Positions 29,800 to 44,700 of a stretch of DNA of 64,000 nucleotides are shown here, in pieces. This DNA comes from Eledone cirrhosa (taxonomy: Eukaryota), in contig OZ024744.1 of NCBI GenBank assembly GCA_964016885.1, forward strand, positions 116,126,001 to 116,190,000, given 5' to 3'. Below the pieces are notes generated by a model. That model saw only the letters and a program-made list of their open reading frames with translations. It did not search any database and was not told the DNA's origin. Within the stretch, counting starts at the first letter, position 1, and each line of letters opens with the position of its first letter. The position numbers and the translations under genes were made by a program.

Positions 29800-32700
29800 A
29801 TAATGTCTCTCATAACTTGTCTCTCTGTCTCTCTCTATATATAATGTCTCTCATATCTTGTCTCTCTCTCTCTATATATATAATGTCTCTCATATCTTGT
29901 ATCTCTCTCTCTCTATATATATATATAATGTCTCTCATATCTTGTCTCTCTCTCTCTATATATATATAATGTCTCTCATATCTTGTCTCTCTCTCTATAT
30001 ATACAATGTCTCTCATATCTTGTCTCTCTCTCTATATATATATAATGTCTCTCATATCTTGTCTCTCTCTATATATAATGTCTCTCATATCTTGTCGCTC
30101 TCTCTCTATATATATAATGTCTCTCATATCTTGTCTCTCTCTATATATATATAATGTCTCTCATATCTTGTCTCTCTCTCTCTATATATATAATGTCTCT
30201 CATATCTTGTCTCTCTATATATATATAATGTCTCTCATATATTGTCACTCTCTCTCTATATATATAATGTCTCTCATATCTTGTCTCTCTCTCTATATAT
30301 ATATATAATGTCTCTCATATCTTGTCTCTCTCTCTATATATACAATGTCTCTCATATCTTGTCTCTCTCACTATATATATATAATGTCTCTCATATCTTG
30401 TCTCTCTCTCTATATATATATAATGTCTCTCATATCTTGTCTCTCTCTCTATATATATAATCTCTCTCATATCTTATCTCTCTCTCTCTATATATATATA
30501 AAGTGTCTCATATCTTGTCTCTCTCTATATATATAATGTCTCTCATATCTTGTCTCTCTCTCTCTATATATATATATAATGTCTCTCATATCTTGTCTCT
30601 CTCTCTATATATATAACGTCTCTCATATCTTGTCTCTCTCTATATATATATAATGTCTCTCATATCTTGTCTCTCTCTATATATATAATGTCTCTCATAT
30701 CTTGTCTCTCTCTCTATATATATATAATGTCTCTCATATCTCGTCTCTCTCTCTCTCTATATATATAATGTCTCTCATATCTTGTCTCTCTGTCTCTCTC
30801 TATATATAATGTCTCTCATAACTTGTCTCTCTCCGTATATATATAATGTCTCTCATATCTTGTCTCTCTCTCTATATATATAATGTCTCTCATATATTGT
30901 CTCTCTCTCTCTATATATAATGTCTATCATATCTTGTCTCTCTCTCTCTATATATATAATGTCCCTCATATCTTGTCTCTCTCTCTCTATATATATAATG
31001 TCTCTCATATCTTGTCTCTCTCTCTATATATATAATGTCTCTCATATCTTGGCTCTCTCTATATATATATAATGTCTCTCATATCTTGTCTCTCTCTATA
31101 TATATAATGTCTCTCATATCTTGTCCCTCTCTCTATATATATAATGTCTCTCATATCTTGTCTCTCTCTCTCTATATATATAATGTCTCTCATATCTTGT
31201 CTCTCTGTCTCTCTCTATATATAATGTCTCTCATATCTTGTGTCTCTCTCTATATATATATATAAAGTCTCTCATATCTTGTCTCTCTCTCTATATATAT
31301 ATATAATGTCTCTCATATCTTGTCCCTCTCTCTCTATAAATAATGTTTCTCATATCTTGTCCCTCTCTCTCTATATATATATAATGTCTCTCATATCATG
31401 TCTCTCTCTATATATATATAATGTCTCTCATATCTTGTCTCTCTCTCTATATATATATATAATGTCTCTCATATCTTGTCTCTCTCTCTATATATATAAT
31501 GTCTCTCATATCTTATCTCTCTCTCTATATATATAAAATGCCTCTCATATCTTGTCTCTCTCTCTCTATATATATATAATGTCTCTCATATCTTGTCTCT
31601 CTGTCTATATATATAATGTCTCTCATATCTTGTCTCTCTCTCTATATATATATATATAATGTCTCTCATATCTTGTCGCTCTCTCTCTATATATATAATG
31701 TCTCTCATATCTAGTCTCTCTCTATATATATAATGTCTCTCATATCTTGTCACTCTCTCTCTATATATATAATGTCTCTCATATCTTGTCTCTCTCTCTC
31801 TCTATATATATAATGTCTCTCATATCTTGTCTCTCTCTCTATATATACAATGTCTCTCATATCTTGTCTCTTTCTCTATATATATATAATGTCTCTCATA
31901 TCTTGTCTCTCTCTCTATATATATATAATGTCTCTCATATCTTGTCTCTCTCTCTATATATATAATGTCTCTCATATCTTGTCTCTTTCTCTATATATAT
32001 ATAATGTCTCTCATATCTTGTCTCTCTCTCTCTATATATATAATGTCTCTCATAGCCTGTCTCTCTCTCTCTATATATATAATGTCTCTCATATCTTGTC
32101 TCTCTCTCTATATATATAATGTCTCTCATAACTTGTCTCTCTGTCTCTCTCTATATATAATGTCTCTCATAACTTGTCTTTCTCCTTATATATATAATGT
32201 CTCTCATATCTTGTCTCTCTCTCTATATATATAATGTCTCTCATATCTTGTCTCTCTCTCTCTATATATAATGTCTATCATATCTTGTCTCTCTCTCTCT
32301 ATATATATAATGTCCCTCATATCTTGTCTATCTCTCTCTATATATATATATAAAGTCTCTCATATCTTGTCTCTCTCTCTCTATATATATATAATGTCTC
32401 TCATATCTTGTCTCTCTCTCTCTATATATATAATGTCTCTCATAGCCTGTCTCTCTCTCTCTCTATATATAATGTCTCTCATATCTTGTCTCTCTCTCTA
32501 TATATATAAGGTCTCTCATATCTTGGCTCTCTCTATATATATATAATGTCTCTCATATCTTGTCTCTCTCTATATATATAATGTCTCTCATATCTTGTCT
32601 CTCTCTCTATATATATAATGTCTCTCATATCTTGTCTCTCTCTCTCTATATATATAATGTCTCTCATATCTTGTCTCTCTGTCTCTCTCTATATATAATG

Positions 32701-35700
32701 TCTCTCATATCTTGTCTCTCTCTCTATATATATATATAAAGTCTCTCATATCTTGTCTCTCTCTCTCTATATATATATAATGTCTCTCATATCTTGTCCC
32801 TCTCTCTCTATAAATAATGTTTCTCATATCTTGTCCCTCTCTCTCTCTATATATATAATGTCTCTCATATCTTGTCTCTCTCTCTATATATATAATGTCT
32901 CTCATAACTTGTCTCTCTGTCTCTCTCTATATATAATGTCTCTCATATCTTGTCTCTCTCTCTATATATATATAATGTCTCTCATATCTTGTATCTCTCT
33001 CTCTCTATATATATATATAATGTCTCTCATATCTTGTCTCTCTCTCTCTCTATATATATAATGTCTCTCATATCTTGTCTCTCTCTCTATATATACAATG
33101 TCTCTCATATCTTGTCTCTCTCTCTATATATATATAATGTCTCTCATATCTTGTCTCTCTCTATATATAATGTCTCTCATATCTTGTCGCTCTCTCTCTA
33201 TATATATAATGTCTCTCATATCTTGTCTCTCTCTATATATATATAATGTCTCTCATATCTTGTCTCTCTCTCTCTATATATATAATGTCTCTCATATCTT
33301 GTCTCTCTATATATATATAATATCTCTCATATATTGTCACTCTCTCTCTATATATATAATGTCTCTCATATCTTGTCTCTCTCTCTATATATATATATAA
33401 TGTCTCTCATATCTTGTCTCTCTCTCTATATATACAATGTCTCTCATATCTTGTCTCTCTCACTATATATATATAATGTCTCTCATATCTTGTCTCTCTC
33501 TCTATATATATATAATGTCTCTCATATCTTGTCTCTCTCTCTATATATATAATCTCTCTCATATCTTATCTCTCTCTCTCTATATATATATAAAGTCTCT
33601 CATATCTTGTCTCTCTCTATATATATAATGTCTCTCATATCTTGTCTCTCTCTCTCTATATATATATATAATGTCTCTCATATCTTGTCTCTCTCTCTAT
33701 ATATATAACGTCTCTCATATCTTGTCTCTCTCTATATATATATAATGTCTCTCATATCTTGTCTCTCTCTATATATATAATGTCTCTCATAACTTGTCTC
33801 TCTCCTTATATATATAATGTCTCTCATATCTTGTCTCTCTCTCTCTATATATAATGTCTATCATATCTTGTCTCTCTCTCTCTATATATATAATGTCCCT
33901 CATATCTTGTCTCTCTCTCTCTATATATATAATGTCTCTCATATCTTGTCTCTCTCTCTATATATATAATGTCTCTCATATCTTGGCTCTCTCTATATAT
34001 ATATAATGTCTCTCATATCTTGTCTCTCTCTATATATATAATGTCTCTCATATCTTGTCCCTCTCTCTATATATATAATGTCTCTCATATCTTGTCTCTC
34101 TCTCTCTATATATATAATGTCTCTCATATCTTGTCTCTCTGTCTCTCTCTATATATAATGTCTCTCATATCTTGTCTCTCTCTCTATATATATATATAAT
34201 GTCTCTCATATCTTGTCTCTCTCTCTATATATATATAATGTCTCTCATATCTTGTCTCTCTCTCTCTATATATATAAAGTCTCTCATATCTTGTCCCTCT
34301 CTCTCTATATATATATAATGTCTCTCATATCTTGTCTCTCTCTCTATATATATATATAATGTCTCTCATATCTTGTCGCTCTCTCTCTATATATATAATG
34401 TCTCTCATATCTTGTCTCTCTCTATATATATAATGTCTCTCATATCTTGTCACTCTCTCTCTATATATATAATGTCTCTCATATCTTGTCTCTCTCTTTC
34501 TCTATATATATAATGTCTCTCATATCTTGTCTCTCTCTCTATATATACAATGTCTCTCATATCTTGTCTCTTTCTCTATATATATATAATGTCTCTCATA
34601 TCTTGTCTCTCTCTCTATATATATATAATGTCTCTCATATCTTGTCTCTCTCTCTATATATATAATGTCTCTCATATCTTGTCTCTTTCTCTATATATAT
34701 ATAATGTCTCTCATATCTTGTCTCTCTCTCTCTATATATATAATGTCTCTCATAGCCTGTCTCTCTCTCTCTCTATATATAATGTCTCTCATATCTTGTC
34801 TCTCTCTCTATATATATAATGTCTCTCATAACTTGTCTCTCTGTCTCTCTCTATATATAATGTCTCTCATAACTTGTCTCTCTCCTTATATATATAATGT
34901 CTCTCATATCTTGTCTCTCTCTCTATATATATAATGTCTCTCATATCTTGTCTCTCTCTCTCTATATATAATGTCTATCATATCTTGTCTCTCTCTCTCT
35001 CTATATATAATGTCCCTCATATCTTGTCTCTCTCTCTCTATATATATAATGTCTCTCATATCTTGTCTCTCTCTCTCTATATATAAGGTCTCTCATATCT
35101 TGGCTCTCTCTATATATATATAATGTCTCTCATATCTTGTCTCTCTCTATATATATAATGTCTCTCATATCTTGTCTCTCTCTCTATATATATAATGTCT
35201 CTCATATCTTGTCTCTCTCTCTCTATATATATAATGTCTCTCATATCTTGTCTCTCTGTCTCTCTCTATATATAATGTCTCTCATATCTTGTCTCTCTCT
35301 CTATATATATATATAAAGTCTCTCATATCTTGTCTCTCTCTCTATATATATATATAATGTCTCTCATATCTTGTCCCTCTCTCTCTATAAATAATGTTTC
35401 TCATATCTTGTCCCTCTCTCTCTATATATATATAATGTCTCTCATATCATGTCTCTCTCTATATATATATAATGTCTCTCATATCTTGTCTCTCTATCTA
35501 TATATATATATAATGTCTCTCATATCTTGTCTCTCTCTCTATATATATAATGTCTCTCATATCTTATCTCTCTCTCTCTATATATATAAAATGCCTCTCA
35601 TATCTTGTCTCTCTCTCTATATATATATATAATGTCTCTCATATCTTGTCTCTCTGTCTATATATATAATGTCTCTCATATCTTGTCTCTCTCTCTCTAT

Positions 35701-37750
35701 ATATATATAATGTCTCTCATATCTTGTCTTTCTCTCTCTATATATATAATGTCTCTCATATCTTGTCTCACTCTCTATATATATATAATGTCTCTCATAT
35801 CTTGTCTCTCTCTCTATATATATATATAATGTCTCTCATATCTTGTCTCTCTGTATATATATATATATAATGTCTCTCATATCTTGTCTCTCTCTCTATA
35901 TATATATTATGTCTCTCATATCTTGTCTCTCTCTATATATATAATGTCTCTCATATCTTGTCTCTCTCTCTATATATACAATGTCTCTCATATCTTGTCT
36001 CTCTCTCTATATATATATAATGTCTCTCATATCTTGTCTCTCTCTATATATATAATGTCTCTCATATCTTGTCGCTCTCTCTCTATATATATAATGTCTC
36101 TCATATCTTGTCTCTCTCTATATATATAATGTCTCTCATATCTTGTCACTCTCTCTCTATATATATATAATGTCTCTCATATCTTGTCTCTCTCTCTATA
36201 TATATATATAATGTCTCTCATATCTTGTCTCTCTCTCTATATATACAATGTCTCTCATATCTTGTCTCTTTCTCTATATATATATAATGTCTCTCATATC
36301 TTGTCTCTCTCTCTATATATATATAATGTCTCTCATATCTTGTCTCTATCTCTATATATATAATGTCTCTCATATCTTGTCTCTTTCTCTATATATATAT
36401 AATGTCTCTCATATCTTGTCTCTCTCTCTATATATATATAATGTCTCTCATAGCCTGTCTCTCTCTCTCTATATATATAATGTCTCTCATATCTTGTCTC
36501 TCTCTCTATATATATATAATGTCTCTCATAACTTGTCTCTCTGTCTCTCTCTATATATAATGTCTCTCATAACTTGTCTCTCTCCTTATATATATAATGT
36601 CTCTCATATCTTGTCTCTCTCTATATATATATAATGTCTCTCATATCTTGTCTCTCTCTCTCTATATATAATGTCTATCATATCTTGTCTCTCTCTCTCT
36701 ATATATATAATGTCCCTCATATCTTGTCTCTCTCTCTCTATATATATAATGTCTCTCATATCTTGTCTCTCTCTCTATATATATAATGTCTCTCATATCT
36801 TGGCTCTCTCTATATATATATAATGTCTCTCATATCTTGTCTCTCTCTATATATATAATGTCTCTCATATCTTGTCTCTCTCTCTATATATATAATGTCT
36901 CTCATATCTTGTCTCTCTCTCTATATATATATAATGTCTCTCATATCTTGTCTCTCTGTCTCTCTCTATATATAATGTCTCTCATATCTTGTCTCTCTCT
37001 CTATATATATATATAAAGTCTCTCATATCTTGTCTCTCTCTCTCTATATATATATAATGTCTCTCATATCTTGTCCCTCTCTCTCTATAAATAATGTTTC
37101 TCATATCTTGTCCCTCTCTCTCTATATATATATAATGTCTCTCATATCATGTCTCTCTCTATATATATATAATGTCTCTCATATCTTGTCTCTCTCTCTA
37201 TATATATATATAATGTCTCTCATATCTTGTCTCTCTCTCTATATATATAATGTCTCTCATATCTTATCTCTCTCTCTCTCTATATATAAAATGCCTCTCA
37301 TATCTTGTCTCTCTCTATATATATATATAATGTCTCTCATATCTTGTCTCTCTGTCTATATATATAATGTCTCTCATATCTTGTCTCTCTCTCTCTATAT
37401 ATATATAATGTCTCTCATATCTTGTCTCTCTCTCTCTATATATATAATGTCTCTCATATCTTGTCTCACTCTCTATATATATATAATGTCTCTCATATCT
37501 TGTCTCTCTCTCTCTATATATATATAATGTCTCTCATATCTTGTCTCTCTCTCTATATATATATATAATGTCTCTCATATCTTGTCTCTCTCTCTATATA
37601 TATTATGTCTCTCATATCTTGTCTCTCTCTATATATATAATGTCTCTCATATCTTGTCTCTCTCTCTATATATACAATGTCTCTCATATCTTGTCTCTCT
37701 CTATATATATATATAATGTCTCTCATATCTTGTCTCTCTCTATATATAAT
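29800..37750 (+). repeat. Sub-domain with ~2.7-3.1 kb and ~1.7 kb duplications
   Basis: ORF pairs 29858/32950 and 30242/33334 (3092), 31747/34447 (2700), 34550/36248 and 35330/37030 (~1700). The TCTTGGCTC variant appears restricted to this block. Confidence 0.75.
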
Positions 37751-38749
37751 GTCTCTCATATCTTGTCTCTCTCTCTATATATATATAATGTCTTTCATAT
37801 CTTGTCTCTCTCTCTATATATATAATGTCTCTCATATCTTATCTCTCTCTCTATATATATATAAAGTCTCTCATATCTTGTCTCTCTCTCTATATATAAT
37901 GTCTCTCATATCTTGTGTCTCTCTCTCTCTATATATTTAATGTCTCTCATATATTGTCTCTCTCTCTATATATATAATGTCTCTCAAATCTTGTCTCTCT
38001 CTCTCTCTATATATAATGTCTCTCATGTCTTGTCTCTCTCTCTATATATATATAATGTCTCTCATATTTTGTCTCTCTCTCTATATATATAATGTCTCTC
38101 ATATCTTGTCTCTCTCTCTATATATATAATGTCTCTCATATCTTGTCTCTCTCTATATATATAATGTCTCTCATATCTTGTCTCTCTCTCTATATATATA
38201 ATGTCTCTCATATCTTGTCTCTCTCTCTCTATATATATAATGTCTCTCATATCTTGTCTCTCTGTCTCTCTCTATATATAATGTCTCTCATATCTTGTCT
38301 CTCTCTCTCTATATATATATAAAGTCTCTCATATCTTGTCTCTCTCTCTATATACAATGTCTCTCATATCTTGTCTCTCTCTCTCTCTATATATATATAA
38401 TGTCTCTCATATCTTGTCTCTCTCTCTATATATATATAATGTCTCTCATATCTTGTCCCTCTCTCTCTATAAATAATGTTTCTCATATCTTGTCCCTCTC
38501 TCTCTATATATATATAATGTCTCTCATATCTTGTCTCTCTCTCTCTATATATATAATGTCTCTCATATCTTGTCTCTCTCTCTATATATATACAATGTCT
38601 CTCATATCTTGTCTCTTTCTCTATATATATATAATGTCTCTCATATCTTGTCTCTCTCTCTATATATATATAATGTCTCTCATATCTTGTCTCTCTCTCT
38701 ATATATATAATGTCTCTCATATCTTATCTCTCTCTCTATATATATATAA

Positions 38750-41700
38750 AGTCTCTCATATCGTGTCTCTCTCTCTATATATAATGTCTGTCTCTCATAT
38801 CTTGTGTCTCTCTCTTTCTATATATATATAATGTCTCTCATATCTTGTCTCTCTCTCTATATATATAATGTCTCTCATATCTTGTCTCTCTCTCTCTATA
38901 TATATAATGTCTCTCATATCTTGTCTCTCTCTCTATATATATAATGTCTCTCATATCTTGTATCTCTCTCTATATATATAATGTCTCACATATCTTGTCT
39001 CTCTCTATATATATATAATGTCTCTCATATCTTGTCTCTCTCTATATATATAATGTCTCTCATATCTTGTCTCTCTCTCTATATATATAATGTCTCTCAT
39101 ATCTTGTCTCTCTCTCTCTATATATATAATGTCTCTCATATCTTGTCTCTCTGTCTCTCTCTATATATAATGTCTCTCATATCTTGTCTCTCTCTCTATA
39201 TATATATAAAGTCTCTCATATCTTGTCTCTCTCTATATATACAATGTCTCTCATATCTTGTCTCTCTCTCTCTATATATATATAATGTCTCTCATATCTT
39301 GTCTCTCTCTCTATATATATATAATGTCTCTCATATCTTGTCTCTCTCTCTATATATATAATGTCTCTCATATCTTATCTCTCTCTCTCTATATATAATG
39401 TCTCTCATATCTTGTCTCTCTCTCTCTATATATATATAATGTCTCTCATATCTTGTCTCTCTCTCTATATGTATATAATGTCTCTCATATCTTGTCCCTC
39501 TCTCTCTCTCTATATATAATGTCTCTCATATCTTATCTCTCTCTCTCTATATATATAATGTCTCTCATATCTTGTCTCTGTCTCTCTCTATATATATAAT
39601 GTCTCTCATATCTTGTCTCTCTCTCTATATATATAATGTCTCTCATATCTTGTCTCTCTCTCTATATGTATATAATGAGAACTCATATCTTGTCTCTCTC
39701 TCTCTATATATATAATGTCTCTCATATCTTGTCTCTCTCTCTATATATATATAATGTCTCTCATATCTTGTCTCTCTCTCTCTATATATATAATGTCTCT
39801 CATATCTTATCTCTCTCTCTATATATATAATGTCTCTCATATCTTGTCTCTCTCTCTCTATATATATATAATGTCTCTCATATCTTGTCTCTCTCTCTAT
39901 ATGTATATAATGTCTCTCATATCTTGTCCCTCTCTCTCTGTATATAATGTCTCTCATATCTTGTCTCTCTCTCTATATATATAATGTCTCTCATGTATTG
40001 TCTCTCTCTCTCTATATATATAATGTCTCTCATATCTTGTCTCTCTCTCTATATATATATATAATGTCACTCATATCTTGTCTCTCTCTCTATATATGTA
40101 ATGTGTCTCATGACTTGTCTCTCTCTCTATATATATAATGTCTCTCATATCTTGTCTCTCTCTCTATATATATATAATGTCTCTCATATCTTGTCTCTCT
40201 CTCTCTATATATATAATGTCTCTCAAATCTTGTCCCTCTCTCTCTATATATATAATGTCTCTCATATATTGTCTCTCTCTCTCTATATATAATGTCTTTC
40301 ATATCTTGTCTCTCTCTCTATATATATATAATGTCACTCATATCTTGTCTCTCTCTCTATATATATATAATGTCTCTCATATCTTGTCTCTCTCTCTCTA
40401 TATATATAATGTCTCTCATATCTTGTCTCTCTCTCTATATATATAATGTCTCTCATATCTTGTCTCTCTCTCTCTATATATAATGTCTCTCATATCTTGT
40501 CTCTCTCTCTATTTATATAATGTCTCTCATATCTTGTCTCTCTCTCTCTCTATATATATATATAATGTCTCTCATATCTTGTCTCTCTCTCTATATATAT
40601 AATGTCTCTCATATCATGTCTCTCTCTCTATATATATAATGTCTCTCATATCTTGTCTCTCTCTTTATATATATAATGTCTCTCATATCTTGTCTCTCTC
40701 TCTCTATATATATATATAATGTCTCTCATATCTTGTCTCTCTCTCTATATATATAATGTCTCTCATATCTTGTCTCCATCTCTATATATATATATAATCT
40801 CTCTCATATCTTGTCTCTCTCTCTATATATATAATGTCTCTCATATCATGTCTCTCTCTCTATATATATAATGTCTCTCATATCTTGTCTCTCTCTTTAT
40901 ATATATAATGTCTCTCATATCTTGTCTCTCTCTCTATATATATATATAATGTCTCTCATATCTTGTCTCTCTCACTATATATATAATGTCTCTCATATCT
41001 TGTCTCTCTCTCTATACATATATATAATGTCTCTCATATCTTGTCTCTCTCTCTATATATATAATGTCTCTCATATCTTGTCTCTCTCTCTCTCTATATA
41101 TAATGTCACTCATATCTTGTCTCTCTCTCTATATATATAATGTCTCTCATATCTTGTTTCTCTCTCTATATATATATAATGTCTCTCATATCTTGTCTCT
41201 CTCTCTATATATATAATGTCTCTCATATCTTGTCTCTCTCTCTCTATATATATATATAATGTCTCTCATATCTTGTCTCTCTCTCTATATATATATATAA
41301 TGTCTCTCATATCTTGTCTCTCTCTCTATTTATATAATGTCTCTCATATCTTGTCTCTCTCTCTATATATATAATGTCTCTCATATCTTGTCTCTGTCTC
41401 TCTATATATATAATGTCTCTCATATCTTGTCTCTCTCTATATATATAATGTCTCTCATATCTTGTCCTCTCTCTCTATATATATAATGTCTCTCATATCT
41501 TGTCTCTCTCTCTCTATATATAATGTCTCTCATATCTTGTCTCTCTCTCTATATATATATAATGTCTCTCATATCTTGTCTCTCTCTCTCTATATATATA
41601 ATGTCTCTCATATCTTGTCTCTCTCTCTATATATATATAATGTCTCTCATATCTTGTCTCTCTCTCTATATATATATAATGTCTCTCATATCTTGTCTCT

Positions 41701-44700
41701 CTCTATATATATATAATGTCTCTCATATCTTGTCTCTCTCTCTCTATATATAATGTCTCTCATATCTTGTCTCTCTCTCTATATATATAATGTCTCTCAT
41801 ATCTTGTCTCTCTCTCTATATATATATATATATGTCTCTCATATCTTGTCTCTCTCTCTATATATATAATGTCTCTCATATCTTGTCTCTCTCTCTATAT
41901 ATAATGTCTCTCATATCTTGTCTCTCTCTCTATATATATAATGTCTCTCATATCTTGTCTCTCTCTCTCTATATATATATAATGTCTCTCATATCTTGTC
42001 TCTCTCTCTATATATAATGTCTATAATATCTTGTCTCTCTCTCTATATATATAATGTCTCTCATATCTTGTCTCTCTCTCTCTATATATATAATGTCACT
42101 CATATCTTGTCTCTCTCTCTATATATATAATGTCTCTCATATCTTGTTCTCTCTCTCTCTATATATATATATATGTCTCTCATATCTTGTCTCTCTCTCT
42201 CTATATATAATGTCTCTCATATCTTGTCTCTCTCTCTATATATATATATATAATGTCTCTCATATCTTGTCTCTCTCTCTCTCTATATATATAATGTCTC
42301 TCATATCTTGTCTCTCTCTCTATTTATATAATGTCTCTCATATCTTGTCTCTCTCTCTATATATATATAATGTCTCTCATATCTTGTCTCTCTCTCTCTA
42401 TATATATAATGTCTCTCATATCTTGTCTCTCTCTCTCTATATATATAATGTCTCTCATATCTTGTCTCTCTCTCTATATATATATAATGTCTCTCATATC
42501 TTGTCTCTCTCTCTATATATATAATGTCTCTCATATCTTGTCTCTCTCTCTCTATATATATAATGTCTCTCATATCTTGTCTCTCTCTCTCTCTATATAT
42601 AAATGTCTCTCATATCTTGTCTCTCTCTCTATATATATATAATGTCTCTCATATCTTGTCTCTCTCTCTATATATATAATGTCTCTCATATCTTATCTCT
42701 CTCTCTATATATATAATGTCTCTCATATCTTGTCTCTCTCTCTCTATATATATATAATGTCTCTCATATCTTGTCTCTCTCTCTTTATATATATAATGTC
42801 TCTCATATCTTGTCTCTCTCTCTATATATATATATAATGTCTCTCATATCTTGTCTCTCTCTCTATATATATAATGTCTCTCATATCTTGTCTCTCTCTC
42901 TCTATATATATATAATGTCTCTCATATCTTGTCTCTCTCTCTATATATATAATGTCTCTCATATCTTGTCTCTCTCTCTCTCTATATATAATGTCACTCA
43001 TATCTTGTCTCTCTCTCTATATATATAATGTCTCTCATATCTTGTTTCTCTCTCTATATATATATAATGTCTCTCATATCTTGTCTCTCTCTATATATAT
43101 AATGTCTCTCATATCTTGTCTCTCTCTCTCTATATATATATATAATGTCTCTCATGTCTTGTCTCTCTCTCTATATATATATATAATGTCTCTCATATCT
43201 TGTCTCTCTCTCTATTTATATAATGTCTCACATATCTTGTCTCTCTCTCTATATATATAATGTCTCTCATATCTTGTCTCTGTCTCTCTATATATATAAT
43301 GTCTCTCATATCTTGTCTCTCTCTATATATATAATGTCTCTCATATCTTGTCCTTCTCTCTCTATATATATAATGTCTCTCATATCTTGTCTCTCTCTCT
43401 CTATATATAATGTCTCTCATATCTTGTCTCTCTCTCTCTATATATATAATGTCTCTCATATCTTGTCTCTCTCTCTATATATATATAATGTCACTCATAT
43501 CTTGTCTCTCTCTCTATATATATATAATGTCTCTCATATCTTGTCTCTCTCTCTATATATATATAATGTCTCTCATATCTTGTCTCTCTCTATATATATA
43601 TAATGTCTCTCATATCTTGTCTCTCTCTCTCTATATATAATGTCTCTCATATCTTGTCTCTCTCTCTATTTATATAATGTCTCTCATATCTTGTCTCTCT
43701 CTCTATATATATATATATAATGTCTCTCATATCTTGTCTCTCTCTCTATATATATAATGTCTCTCATATCATGTCTCTCTCTCTATATATAATGTCTCTC
43801 ATATCTTGTCTCTCTCTCTATATATATAATGTCTCTCATATCTTGTCTCTCTCTCTATATATATATATAATGTCTCTCATATCTTGTCTCTCTCTCTATA
43901 TATAATGTCTATAATATCTTGTCTCTCTCTCTATATATATAATGTCTCTCATATCTTGTCTCTCTCTCTCTATATATATAATGTCACTCATATCTTGTCT
44001 CTCTCTCTATATATATAATATCTCTCATATCTTGTTTCTCTCTCTCTCTATATATATATATAATGTCTCTCATATCTTGTCTCTCTCTCTCTATATATAA
44101 TGTCTCTCATATCTTGTCTCTCTCTCTCTATATATATATATAATGTCTCTCATATCTTGTCTCTCTCTCTCTCTATATATATAATGTCTCTCATATCTTG
44201 TCTCTCTCTCTATTTATATAATGTCTCTCATATCTTGTCTCTCTCTCTCTATATATATAATGTCTCTCATATCTTGTCTCTCTCTCTCTCTATATATAAT
44301 GTCTCTCATATCTTGTCTCTCTCTCTATATATATATAATGTCTCTCATATCTTGTCTCTCTCTCTATATATATAATGTCTCTCATATCTTGTCTCTCTCT
44401 CTCTATATATATAATGTCTCTCATATCTTGTCTCTCTCTCTCTCTATATATATAATGTCTCTCATATCTTGTCTCTCTCTCTATATATATATAATGTCTC
44501 TCATATCTTGTCTCTCTCTCTATATATATAATGTCTCTCATATCTTATCTCTCTCTCTATATATATAATGTCTCTCATATCTTGTCTCTCTCTCTCTATA
44601 TATATATAATGTCTCTCATATCTTGTCTCTCTCTCTATATGTATATAATGTCTCTCATGTCTTGTCCCTCTCTCTCTCTATATATATAATGTCTCTCATA

